Numbered from the stretch's first letter, positions 1-12,229 are shown. The stretch: DNA of 36,933 bases from Chiloscyllium plagiosum (GCF_004010195.1 NC_057720.1:5197662-5234594), one strand, 5' to 3'. Numbers and translations are program-made. The notes: generated by a model from the letters alone, not told the origin.

Positions 1-268
1 TTCTAACTTTGAGCTTCCAACCTAGCTCCCTGAAAGGCTGTCTAACATCCTCAGCACTCCTCCTACCTATGTCGTTGGTGCCAATGTGGACCACGACTTC
101 GGGTTGCTCCCCCTCCCCCTCCAGGACCCGGAAAACACGATCAGAGACATCACGTACCCTTGCACCTGGGAGGCAACATACCAAACGTGAGTCCCTCTCG
201 TTCCCACAAAACCGCCTATCTGTGCCCCGAACTATCGAGTCCCCAATTACTACTGCTCTGCTCTTCTT
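1..268 (-). mobile_element. CR1 LINE ORF1 fragment (SGNH esterase domain), continues off the left edge
   Basis: The minus-strand frame is open and reads RAVVIGDSIVRGTDRRFCG...VCCLPGARVRDV...PEVVVHIGTNDIG. This has the GDS / G / GTND blocks typical of CR1 ORF1 esterases. Confidence 0.9.
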
Positions 269-462
269 ATATTAAATCTAATATTAAAGGGTTAAACTGC
301 ACGGTCTTTGAGTGGGGACCACAAACATGAAAGAATACAGATGACCATCCATTGTAATTCACACTTCATTTAGACACAGTCATTTGCTGCTTGCTATTGG
401 CAAGTTAAACTATCATTCAATCTCTTCCATCCAGAAATGCTTTCTGGCCATCCCTTGAAGCT

Positions 463-857
463 TGTTATGTGGCATGTGCATTGTCTTGGGTAATCACTGA
501 GTCAGGAAATAGTCTGCATATCGATTCCCCAGGATAAGGGTATTAGCATTTCCATTATCTCAGAGGATGATCTCATCCTGCCATTGTACCTGGGGTAACA
601 TGAGACCGGGAGTAACTGGGGTCTGTCTATAGTGGCATGTGACTGTGGGGGAGCAGCCAGAGCATCTGTAGACATGGCCAACTAACCTGTATAAAGGGGA
701 TATGTTTTCATTGTTCAGGGCCTCACTTTGACTCAACCTTGCAGCCTGCGATGGGGTCAACTAGCTTGTACAAGCTTTAATAAACTTTAACTGTTTGCAG
801 AAGTTGGTGTGCGCGAATTGCATCTCATGTGCGAAACCTCAGGAAAAGAACCCAACA
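463..857 (+). mobile_element. Candidate solo LTR
   Basis: Begins TGTT and ends AACA, with internal TATAAA (~690) and AATAAA (~779). It interrupts the ApoB-like frame. No TSD found. Confidence 0.35.
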
Positions 858-895
858 ACCGGGCATTCAAAAGTAAAGAGCACAAACAAAACAAT

Positions 896-998
896 TCGAA
901 GAAGGTTACTAGACTCAAAACAATAACTCTGCTTTCTCTCTACAGATAACACCAAACCTTCCGATTTTCTCCAGCATTTCCTGCTTTTGTTTTACAAC
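896..998 (+). mobile_element. Half of an old Penelope-derived palindromic repeat
   Basis: Resembles the aactctgctttctctc...tttctccagcattt arm of the other copies (e.g. 28115-28255). Confidence 0.6.
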
Positions 999-1095
999 AG
1001 AAAAGGCAGTAGTGTGCAATGCTAGAATTCATTTTGAGAGGGCTATAATACAACAGCAGAGATACACCACTGAGATTGTGTAAGGCTCTGATCAG

Positions 1096-1284
1096 CGCAG
1101 CAGGTCAGGCAGCATCCAAGGAGCAGGAGAATCGACATTTCGGGCATGATCCCTTCTTCAGGAATTCGGGCTCATGCCCGAAATGTCGATTCTCCTGCTC
1201 CTCGGATGCTGCCTGACCTGCTGCGCTTTTCCAGCAACACATTTTCAGCTCTGATCTCCAGCATCTGCAGTCCTCACTTTCTCC
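1096..1284. mobile_element. Penelope-derived palindromic element
   Basis: Inverted arms centred near 1160. Flanked by a 15-bp TSD taaggctctg(a/g)tcag at 1081-1095 and 1285-1299. Confidence 0.85.
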
Positions 1285-1361
1285 TAAGGCTCTGGTCAGA
1301 CTGCATTTGGAATATTGAGAGTGTCCCGTATCGAAGGAAGGATGTACTGGTGTTAGAGGCT

Positions 1362-1488
1362 GCAATGAGGTCTGCAGATGCTGAAGATCAGAGTGGAGTG
1401 TGTGTTGCTGGAAAAGCACAGCAGGTCAGGCAGTATCCAAGGGAGCAGGAAAAACTATGTTCCGGGCTGGAGCCTTTCCTAAAGGAAA
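1362..1488. mobile_element. Penelope-derived element, single arm
   Basis: gaggtctgcagatgctg...gctggaaaagcacagcaggtcaggcag, flanked by the near-direct repeat tggtgtt(a/g)gagg. Confidence 0.8.
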
Positions 1489-1887
1489 TTGGTGTTGGAG
1501 GGGGCCCAGTGGAGGTTTACAAGAATGATCCTGGGGATGAAGGGCATGTCATATGAGAAGCAGTTGAAGACTCTGGGTCTGTACTTGGAGTTTGTGAGGA
1601 TGGGGTGAGGGGATCTGATTGAAACTTACAGAATACAAGAGGGTTGGATCGAACAGACACTGAAAAGACAATTCCACTTGTAGGACAGACTAGGACCTGA
1701 GGACCCAGCCTCAGAGTGAAAGGACAACCCTTTAGAATGGAGATAAGGAGGAATTTCTTCAGCCAGAAAGTGGTGAATCCATTGCGGTCACTGAGTGAAT
1801 TTAAGATAGAGATAGATAGATTCCTGATTGGCAAAGAGGTCAAAGGTGACAGGGAGATGGCAGGAGAATGGGCTTGAATAACATTAG

Positions 1888-2076
1888 GAGAAAGTGAGGA
1901 CTGCAGATGCTGGAGATCAGAGCTGAAACTGTGTTGCTGGAAAGGCGCAGCAGGTCAGGCAGCATCCAAGGAGCAGGGGAATCGCCGTTTTGGACATGAG
2001 CCCTTCTTCAGGAATTCGGGCTCATGCCAGAAACATCGATTCTCCTGCTCCTTGGTTGCTTCCTGACCTGCTGCAC
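1888..2076. mobile_element. Penelope-derived palindromic element
   Basis: Same family and same centre (cccttcttcaggaattcgggctcatgcc) as 1096-1284. cattag is duplicated at the flanks. Confidence 0.85.
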
Positions 2077-3244
2077 CATTAGCCATAATCAAATGGTGCA
2101 GCAGTCTCAATCAGCCAAATGGTCTAAATCTTCTGACCTAATCTCACGAATCATCAAAATAGATGCATCAATGCTTCTACAAAGTACTGATTAATAAATG
2201 TCCAATGATAGACATTTTGCCCACTAGTTCTTCAGATAATATATATTGAATGACAGCAATAAATCAACTGGTCTAATTTCAATGCCATTTAACTTTGGAA
2301 AAATCAGAGTATGAGTAGCCTGCAAAGGCATTAACAAGCCAGTGAAGATTACAGACCCACATACTTAAATTCTAAAAGGGCTGAAACCATCAGCTACCAC
2401 TGTGCCAAGTCAATTTTGCTGATTACATATCGAATAGCACTAATTTGGTTGTTTAGATCTATTTTAGATCTAAGTAAGGAAAAAGTCAGATGCCTGCGCC
2501 TAATTGCGGTTAGCTTCCTCTGAACATTGCAGCACGTGTGACTGTAAGTTCATAAGATGCAGGAGTTGGCCATTTGGCCCATCAAATATGCTCTTTGTTC
2601 AATAAATGCTGATTATCGGAAGAACTTGGCTTGGTTTTAATAGTTTCTCTTCGGTGTTTTGCCTGAAAAATAGCTACGTGACCAATGTAGCCAGGTGACA
2701 GTTGGTACCACATACCAGCAAGTGCTATCAGGTGTATAAAAAGAAAAGAGGAAAAACTGGGTGAAAACCTCACAGGAGAAGTTTAAAGAAATTACAACTT
2801 AACATTTGGAGCTGTTGCTCGAAAAACCCAGTTACCAATGATTAAAATGTGAGGAAATGCTCTGCTAAATCTACTTGTACGGTACCCAAAGTAAAAGCTA
2901 ACCACATCCGAAGGTTCTCATGCTGTTATTATTGCAGCCCAAAGGTTCAAAAGAAAGAAAAAGTGCAAAAACCTGACCTTGATATTTTTAGTATTAGATT
3001 TTAGTGGGTCACCCAAGGTATGTTCCAACAGTAAATTCCTGCTTGGATATTTATTAAGTTCACAGCTCCCATTACTTTTAAACTTTCTACTCGAGTGAAG
3101 AATGCACCTCACATTTGAGCTCAAGGAAAACGTGTGGGCAATCATTTGCAAAGTAATAATCCCTTGACAACATCAGACTGCCTCAGTCTCAACTATTTTC
3201 CATTCTTTCTTGATCTGGTGAGGAAGTCTGCGTTTTTTTTTACA

Positions 3245-3572
3245 GAGTAAAGTAGACAGGAAGCAGGCCGAAAGAACACCGCAGGCCAGGCAGCATCAGG
3301 AGATGCAGAAGTTGATGTTTTGGGTGTAACCATCCTGAAGGGATGGGGGTGGGAGGGGGTGGGGAAGTTGCAGATAAAGGGGAAGGTGGGGACAGGGTGA
3401 TGAAGTGGGGATAGGTGAAGATAGGCAGAGGGCATGACCTGGTTGGTCAATGGAAGGAATTAATTCAGTTGGTGGCAGGGAGCAGTGGAAGGGAGGGAGA
3501 AGGGCTGGGAAGGGATTCAAGGAATGGGGAGGGACGTTATTTGAAATCGGAGAATTCTACGTTGAGTCCTCT
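3245..3572 (-). mobile_element. Penelope-like element 3' fragment
   Basis: The minus strand reads GLNVEFSDFK* (a typical Penelope ORF C-terminus), then a C-rich tail and the gatgctgcctggcctgc terminal arm. Confidence 0.75.
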
Positions 3573-6134
3573 GGTCTTTTACAGAGCAAAGACCACAGAT
3601 GTAAGCCTGGTACTGTCCAAAACTTCATGTGCGATTTACTGCTAGAGACACTTCAATATAAACAAGAGATGGATTCAGTGTATACACAAACACCCAATGT
3701 TCTCAGTTCCCTCCCCTCTGATTTCATCCTACAAGTGGCCTTGAAGTCATTCCTGCACATTATTGATATTAGGCATTAATGTAGGAGCATAACAATCCAA
3801 CACATACCTGTGGTGGACTTTCCCATTTTCTTAAGAAATCTTCTTTGGCTTTGGCTAAGAACTCTTTCACTATAAAACAAAGATAGATTTATGGTTAAAA
3901 TAATAAAGGAGATGTTAGAAGCATAGCTTATGAAAACGACAATTACAGTATCAAGTGTATAAGTAGTATATCATAGCAAATATAAATATTTAAAATCAAA
4001 TCTTCTTAAAGATCACCAGACATGTAAAACTACTTATACACAAGATATCAAACTATATTTTTTAACATTTCTTTTGCACACATTTTAAGCTTCTCAGTTG
4101 AGTATTTTAATCAGAACTTGTAGCGAGTGCTACGAGTTCGCAACACACAACTTTTAAAAAAACAAAACCCAAAGCAGCAGCTAGGCAAGCAAGTTTTAAT
4201 GTTAACAGCTATTCAGCAATGAATTGGAATGCATAATGACCACAGGCAAAGACACACAATAGCTATGAAACAATGCAAAACAAAGCTGCTCATAGTCACA
4301 GAAGGTTGAATTTTTGATTTCTGTAAAGACAATTTGTGAAAGGTCAATCTGACTTTCTTCTGATCTGTTGCAACTTTTAGATCTCAAATCAAATCACCAT
4401 TGAAAAGTGATCCCTTTTCTTGTTTAGGTCAAGTATGGTTAGGGTCGCTGCACAGATCCTGAGAAAGTAGATGACTTTTATAGTAATGCCAATAAATGTT
4501 CAGCAGGAAATATAAAATTGATGCATTTTTTGCATGATTTACATTTCAAAAATCAGAAGTTTATATGCATGGTTTTCTCTAAACTATGTGGGACCATTTT
4601 GACATTTAATTGTAGATGAAATATACGCTATGCAAATGAAAACTTGTAATTTCTTTAGTGCTCGTCTTTCATTTAATTCTAACTAATATTTTCGCTAAGG
4701 CACTTCATTTTAATGTTTTCAAAAAATTGACTTTCTATGACTTTGGGCTTCTTACGAAATAACACGCATACCAAAGGTCTCTACAGTTCATCAAAGGTTT
4801 TCAGGACAATTCACCCCAAGTAACCAAAGGGATGAGATGACGAGAAGAAAAGGAGAGAAAAAAGTTCATGAATTTAACCACAGTAGAAAGGATGAATTAC
4901 AAATACAACACATAGTACATTTCACACTACCAAAATTAAGATCATCATTTAAACGTTTTCTACACTTAAGTTAGTAAACCACCATAGCCAACAAGGTAGT
5001 GGAAAAAGTGAGGATCAGGGAATGAAGTTCTAACTTCTCTAACTACTGCAGAGCCAATTAATCCCTGTAAGTCTTAATATAGAACCTTGAAGGGAACTTC
5101 TAGCTTTTAATCGCTTTTTGTTTTTCTGCCCTCAAGTGTTCTCAAGATAACATTGTGAACTTCACCTTAGGAATGATTTGATGCTACATTAGCATAATGG
5201 TTAAGTCAATGAATTTAACTAAGAGAAGTATTTGTTGCAAGGTGGAAGGAGATTGAAAAAAGGAGAACACAAAGTATCTGATCGTGAACAAATACATTTA
5301 ATCTTAAAAATTGTCTTGTGAATTGTCCGGCATCAGGAATGTGACATAGCAAGCTCTCTCAGTTCCAAATGTGTATACACTGGAATAATAGTTGGAAGGG
5401 TCATAAACATTTGTCCAATTAGAACACATGTCTGGATATCAAATTTGCAGCCCTTTTTTCTAACCTACCACCTAGCTCTTAAAAATCCAACTAATGGAGA
5501 TGGCTCTACAGAGTTAATTCCCAGAACAATTTTTCCACCCCTGCACTAAACAAGTTACGAATGAAATTCCAGAAAAAGAGCACCTGCACAAATAAACACA
5601 AAAGAAGATACTTTTACAACACCAAACACAAGACTTTTGCAAGGTACTTTCAGGGCAGATTTGCAGAAGCAGACTAATAATTTACTTTAATTCACAACAG
5701 TACAACAAATTTCAAATAGTTGTATTGCATTTTTCCATTTTCACATGCTGATCATGACAAAAGCGTGCATGTGCGGACATTTCTGTTTATTTAATTATCA
5801 AGCAGAAGTCTGCACGTGGGTCCAAAGCAGGTTTCTTTTCATTCCATGAACTCTCTTGCTCCCAACAAAATATCACTCAGTGCACTGAGCAGTCAGGTTT
5901 ACTCAGACATTAACAAGTAGAAAGATTCAAAATTTCAATTTCATTAAAACTTTGATAATTCTTTACAGATAGAGGTGTAAAGAATTGGAAGCACTAACAA
6001 AGAAAATCCAATTTTTTAAATTATAAAATTAGATAACGGAAGTATATCAGTAAAAAGTGTGTATCATTCTGCATTTGAATAATTTAAATATTTGGTATTT
6101 TATTTTAAGATTTAGATGACGAGTGTGTGTATTT

Positions 6135-6400
6135 TAGGTCTGTACATTTTTTGAAATACATTCACGGGATATTGGCATTGCTTGCGGCCCAGCTTTATAT
6201 GCTGAGAGTAGGTAAGAGTCCATACATTTCAATGGGTCTGGAGTCACATGCAGGTCTGACCAGGTAAGGATGGGAGATTGCTTTTCTGAAAGGATATCAG
6301 AGAACCAGATGGTGCTTTTCAATGACAAGCTTACTGAGTCTAGCTTTTTACCAGATTTTTCATTTCATTAATTCAAAGTGAAGCTTGATTTTCTTATTCT
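6135..6400 (-). mobile_element. Degenerate Deu-domain SINE (SacSINE1-like)
   Basis: The reverse complement contains tgtgactccagaccca and ccttacctggtc, which are Deu-SINE motifs. Related to 29405-29615. Confidence 0.65.
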
Positions 6401-6596
6401 CCTGGAATCAAGACAAAGTTATTTTCCACACAATGGGCTGTTTCCTTTCTCCTTCCCCAACCATTTAATTTCTATACCAGCCTGATTTTCAGTGAGGATT
6501 AGCCTGAGGTACCCTCTAAATTAGTCAGACCAGGGCATGTTTGATGCCTCATTCACGCACAGATATCTGATATAAGTTAGGGTTTAAGTCAGTTAA

Positions 6597-6790
6597 AGGG
6601 CTCCTGTGGTACATATTGGTAGCGCCCCTAAGCCCTGGGTTCAAGTCCCATCTGGTCTAGAGAGGCGTTGATTCAAAACATCTATATAATGGGGTCTTGT
6701 GGCAGTGTCTCTCCCTGTGAGCCAGGAGATCTGGCTCAAGTCCAACCTGCTCCAGAGATGTGGCATAACAGGATGATTAAAAATATCTAT
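6597..6790 (+). mobile_element. Two tandem short tRNA-derived SINE relics
   Basis: Two ~95-bp units starting ggg(c/g)tc(c/t)tgtgg, with B-box-like gg(t/c)tcaagtcc and ending gatt.aaaa.atcta. Confidence 0.55.
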
Positions 6791-8134
6791 AAGTGGGTTA
6801 ATACAACTGCAGTAGTCTGGAACTAGGGAAACAGAAAAAAATGCTGTAGGTGGTGTTGATAATGATCACTATCCAGTAACTCTCCCCTTAAGGTTGTGAA
6901 TATACGATTATTAGAAGAGCAAATTCCACTTTTGTTAAGCTATCTGCATTATTTGCTCCAATTCTGTTGTGAAAGAATGAGAATTTGTCATAAGTATTTA
7001 GCTGACTATAAATAGGTATATAAAATCAAGAGGCTTCATGCTGGGTTTAGCAAAGCTGTCTTTAGCATCAAATGACAAATCTTTTCAGTGCAAAAATTCA
7101 AAGTCGCTGAGTACTAACCATAGCCATAACATTATAGAGTCATAGTCATTCTAGATTAGCTGAATGTTGAATTTTTCACCGTATCTCTCCCATATATATT
7201 TCAAACATCTTTAAAAATTTAAGAGAAAACTACAAGTAATATAGAATTCGGTAGGATAATCAAAGAAACGCAACAATGGAAATATCATACTTTGTTTTAT
7301 ATCTACTTGAACTGTTAAGATGATCCAGCCGTACAATTTCAGATTGCAATGGAGTTGGTTTTAAGGCCTTTACCACTAGGGTGAAGTACTACTTGGTGAG
7401 AGCTCTGTCAAAGTCATTATACTGAAAGCAGCAACTTGAATAATTGAATTAAACAAAAGATCAGTAGTTTAAAAACAGGACTTCTCCTTAAAGTGATAGC
7501 ACATCTGTTTGATAAATGATAATGATGGGTATCTTAACCTATAAATCTGGTAATCAACTTTGAGAACTGAAAATCCTCTTTTAAAGCCTACCACTATTAA
7601 AGAGACACAAGTACTATAAAACTGCAGATTGCGTGGGTGCAAAGTTGATTAACACTTATTACTGAGAAAGAGTAAAAAATTTGACTTCTTTTGCCAACAT
7701 AAGAACGTATGGACAAATGACCAGAGTCTAGCTTGACTGTGAAAGCTCCCATGATCGAACAGCCTAACACTCAGGCACAATGCCAGGGACTCAGACAGGT
7801 TGTGGTAACGGCATTACCAACAAGCGATCATGTAACGATTAACTCTGTACAAACAGTCAATTCCTGTACAATAGGTCCTAGCAGATCTTGAGCCAAGAGA
7901 AGGCCAACACTAACTAAATCTGAAACTATAAGGCCAACAGCTAGATTTAAACTGAAAAGAAATTTTACTGTTAAGTGGAATTTATTAAATGCAACACAGG
8001 GATTGGTTGATATATTCACATTGCAGTTACTTTTCAGGAATCAACAGCATAACTAGTTTCAGCTGGGTCATAACTGGTTTATACTGCCTATGTCCAAAGC
8101 AAATCAAGGCAGAAGACTATGTTATGATTTAGGT

Positions 8135-8242
8135 CGAAGTAATGATTTGGAGGTGCAGGTGTTGGACTGGGGTGGACAAGGTTAAAAATCTCAACACCAG
8201 GTTACCTGTTGGACGATAACCTGGTGTTGAGATTTTTAACTC
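8135..8242. mobile_element. Penelope terminal palindrome (second family)
   Basis: gttaaaaatctcaacaccaggtta...taacctggtgttgagatttttaac, the same terminus as the 12138-13968 element. Confidence 0.8.
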
Positions 8243-8995
8243 TATCTCAGTTATTTAGCCCACAAATCCTAGTAGAATTTAAGAAATTTGCTCGTACACA
8301 GGAGATTCTGAATTCGAATTGCAGCAGTGCCTTTCCTTCAAAGTCAGCCTCTTAACGAAGGTGACAGGAGGAAATAGCCACATCACCATGGTCATTTTAC
8401 AGGAAAGGGCTAATCATTGGGCTGAGAGCCCTATTTGCAGTGGTAGTCTCCTTATCTCTGGAAGGACTAGAAGGTCCAAGTTGGAGTTCCACCTACTTCA
8501 GAGGTCTGTCAGAACCTCAAACTCTGTAACCGATATGGCAGCAGACTTCAGCAGTACAAGCCAGACTCCACCAAGTCACCTTTTGCATAGCGTTCTGTGC
8601 AGCAATACAGACATGACACTATAACCTGACCTTGAAGAAAGGCTTGCAATGCTACATACAGAATCTCTATCAATTAAAACTAATGAATGAATAAGAAACA
8701 AAACTGTCAGTTGTTCAACATGGGAGAGCTGCTTCCTGTACATTAAACTGGATGCTACAGTTATATTTTGATGCTACATTCTGCTCAAATCATCTTTTTC
8801 TGCAGGTTTTTGACTTAATCTTCTTAGATATGAGATTGCCTGATGATGAAAACTTCTCTGTTTGGGTCCAGCCAGAAACATTTCCACTGAGCTAGGCTTT
8901 TGGAATGTCATTGGATTGAATGTTATGATGTCCAATAACAGAGATTCTATGCTTTCCTGCTGCAATATCCTATCTTTATTGGTAGGAGGACTTCA

Positions 8996-9190
8996 TGTGG
9001 TGGTTAGGAGGATTGGTCGTGCTAAATTGTCCACTGCGTCCAAGCACGTGCAGGCTAGGTGGATAAGCCATGGGAAATGTAGGGTTACAGTAGGCGGAAG
9101 GGCCTTGGGAGGGATGGTGTGAACCTGTTGGGCCAAATAGCCTGCTTCCATACTGTACAGATTCTATGATTCTATTCTATGAATCTATGT
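8996..9190 (+). mobile_element. 5'-truncated HE1/V-SINE-type element
   Basis: gctaaattg core, CR1-derived 3' end and (attctat)n tail. Confidence 0.75.
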
Positions 9191-9429
9191 GAATTACATG
9201 GTCAAAACCAATAAAGCTGAACCCCGATGAGCTTGTTCTCACAATCATGTATGTGGCAAACTGTCAAAAACTTCGGTGTTAGAATATTTTTCCCTGCCAA
9301 TTGATGTTGCAGACTGATATGAAGCAGTGAAGCTGGAATACATTGTAAATTGTAATGTCAGTAGATTGTCCATATCTGAAGCCATAGAAAACTGACTTGA
9401 GAATCCCTGTCTGGTAGATTTCACAATAT

Positions 9430-10100
9430 CGCAGAGCTGTTATGATGCAGAAGGAGGCCATTTGGCTCATTGCGTCAGCACTAATTCTTTGAATGAGCAT
9501 GGTAACCAAGTGTCATTCTCTCTGCCTTTCCCTGTGACCCTGCATATTACATTTATTCAAGCAATCATCCAACACCCTCTGAATACCTTGATTGAACCTG
9601 CCTCCAGCACACTTTCTGGCTGCACTTTCCAGATCAGAATCATTTGCTGTGAGAGTTTTCTCCTATCACATTATTTTTTGCAAATCACTGAAATCACCGC
9701 CCTCGCATTCTTACTCTTTTTTTTGAGCAGGAACAGCTTCTCATTGTCTGCCCTGCCCACAGATCTCTTTCGAAAAAGTCTATACAATTTCCTCTTAACT
9801 TTCTCCTCCCCAAGGAAACAGTCCCAACTGCTCCAATTTATTTTCATAACTGAACTTTCTCATCTCTGGTGACATTTTTGTAAACCTTTTCTGGACTCTC
9901 TCTAATGTGTGCGTATCCTTGAGTGTGGCACCCATAACTTCAGGTGAGGTCTAATATCTTATCTAGGCTCAAGATATCCTCCTACTCTTGTACTTTACAC
10001 TCCTTGTAATAAATCACACAATGCTGTCAGCTTTGTTAGCCATTCTTTCCATCTGTAATGACTTATGCATATATAAACGAAGGCCTCTCTTTTCCTGTAC
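9430..10100 (-). mobile_element. Old CR1-clade LINE 3' fragment
   Basis: gcagaaggaggccatttggc tail, aaggaaacagtcccaac and cttgtaaacctt-like motifs, antisense to the CR1 ORF2 end. Confidence 0.7.
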
Positions 10101-11043
10101 ATCCTTCATGGGGGAGAAAAACTTGCATGTTCTCCAAAGCCTCTGGATAAACCTGCCAAATGTTTAGACTACTTTTGTCAGGGCATGCAGATGGGAGATT
10201 TCATCATCAAGCATGGTGTTATTAGAGAGATGGCAGAATGATTGAACTGGGGGGGGGGGGTATTAATTGTGCATGTGATTTTGAAGATTATGGTCACAGG
10301 ATAGGTGGGAAAAGATCTATTTTCATTTTGAAGACTGAAAATGAAGTGTTCTAAAGCTTAGGCAAAGTGGTTAACAAGCTGCTCTGTGCATTCCTTATAC
10401 CACAGAACTTTGATTTTTTGCTACAAAAGCAAAGCCAGTGTAACAAAAATAGTTTATTAGTTCAAAATTACTTTGGCTGAAATTTTCACTTTGTTGAAAC
10501 ATAACCTTATTGTAATTCTCCATTTTATAAAGCAAATATGGCTAAAAGTTTAATTTATGATGCCTGTGGGCCACAAGTTTTCATTTGTTAACCTCATCCC
10601 TCTCCTAATTGCAAAAATAACTCAGATTCATCTATAACCTAAAAGCCAGAAAATGTAGAAGTTTCTCTTTCATTAACTTTTCTTACTACTAACATTTATA
10701 CAAAAAGGACCCTTCAATCTGTATGCTAAAACCTTTAAAGCAGCCGAAAAAGCTGACCAGGTCATAAATAATTGACATCAAAAAACTTTCTTTCACAGTC
10801 AAATCACATTTTCCATTCCAAGCTGCAAAATGTTGGTTCTGAATCAATGCACTTTATGAGTCAGTTTGCAAGCATTACTAAAGCAAACTTGTTCAATACT
10901 TTATCAATTATTTATGTGATCAATTTCAAATGTTGAAATGTCTATTTCAACTGGACATCCATTTGAAATAAATATTCAAGAAACTACTACTTGTCAAACT
11001 TGACTTTCACTTGGGAAATAAGGCAGGAAGTGACTGATGTGTT

Positions 11044-12113
11044 TAAATTAGATTACTTACACTGTGGAAACAGGCCCTTCGGCACAAAAAGTTCACACTG
11101 ACCCTCCGAACAGCAATCCACCCAGATCCATTCTCCTACATTTACCCCTTCACCTAACACTACGGGCAATTTACAGAGTCAGAGAGATGTACAGCATGGA
11201 AACAGATCCTTCGGTCCAACCTGTCCATGCCAACCAGATATCCCAACCCAATCTAATCCCACCTGCCAGCACCTGGCCCATATCCCTCCAAACCCTTCCT
11301 GTTCATATACCCATCCAAATGCCTCTTAAATGTTGCAATTGTACCAGCCTCCACCACTTCCTCTGGCAGCTCATTCCATACACGTACCACCCTCTGCGTG
11401 AAAAAGTTGCCCCTTAGGTCTCTTTTATATCTTTCCCTCTCACCCTAACCTATGCACTCTAGTTCTGGACTCCCCGACCCCAGGGAAAAGACTTTGTCTA
11501 TTTATCCTATCCATGTCCCTCATAATTTTGTAAAACTCTATAAGGTCACCCCTCAGCCTCGATGCTCCAGGGAAAACAGCCCCAGCCTTTTCAGCCTCTC
11601 CCTATAGCTCAAATCCTCCAACCCTGGCAACATCCTTGTAAATCTTTTTTGAACCCTTTCAAGTTTTGCAACATCTTTCCGATAGGAAGGAGAACAAAAT
11701 TGCATGCAATATTCCAACAGTGGCCTAACCAATGTCCTCTACAGACGCAACATGACCTCCAAACTCCTGTACTCAATATTCTGACCAATAAAGGAAAGCA
11801 TACCAAACGCCTTCTTCACTATCCTGTCTACCTGCGACTCCATTTTCAAGGAGCTATGAACCTGCACTCCAAGATCTCTTTGTTCAGCAACACTCCCTCG
11901 GACCTTACCATTAAGTGTATAAGTCCTGCTAAGATTTAGCACGGCCAATTCACCTAATCTGCACATTTTTGGACTGTGGGACGAAACCGGAGCACCCGGA
12001 GGAAACGCAGACACGGGGAGAATGTGCAAACTCCACACAGACAGGCAGGAATTGAACCCAGGTCTTTGGCTCGGTGAGGCAACAGTGCTAATCACTGTGC
12101 CACCATGTCGCTC
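11044..12113 (-). mobile_element. HE1/V-SINE interrupted by a CR1 fragment
   Basis: 3' half at 11044-11173 and 5' tRNA-like half at 11938-12113 match the other SINE copies. Confidence 0.9.
11174..11937 (-). mobile_element. Younger CR1 LINE 3' fragment nested in the SINE
   Basis: RTYTLNGKVRGSVAEQRDLGVQVHSSLKMESQVDRIVKKAFGMLSFI plus the CR1 3' UTR and tail. Confidence 0.92.
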
Positions 12114-12189
12114 TTAGTAGGGGAATACTTTGGGACTAAGTTAAAAATCACACAACACCAGGTTATAGTCCAACAGGTTTAATTGGAAG

Positions 12190-12229
12190 CACAACGAGCT
12201 TTCGGAGCGATGCTCCTTCGTCAGGTGAT
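12190..12229 (-). ncRNA. Minimal type I hammerhead ribozyme motif (Penelope terminus)
   Basis: Minus strand: cac-CTGACGA-a-GGAGC-atc-GCTCC-GAA-AGCT-C-gt. Intact core, 5-bp stem II, palindromic minimal stem III. Confidence 0.75.

Larger units (their letters stand above)
1000..2130 (+). mobile_element. CR1 LINE 3' fragment with three nested Penelope-derived inserts
   Basis: Decayed ORF2 C-terminus (KALVR.HLEY; aggtttacaagaatgatcctgggg) and 3' UTR (gataaggaggaatttcttcagccag). Confidence 0.85.

Noticed and set aside
8790..8900. Functional exon after ttttctgcag acceptor
   Set aside because: ApoB-like similarity continues upstream through the AG, and the frame soon hits a stop.
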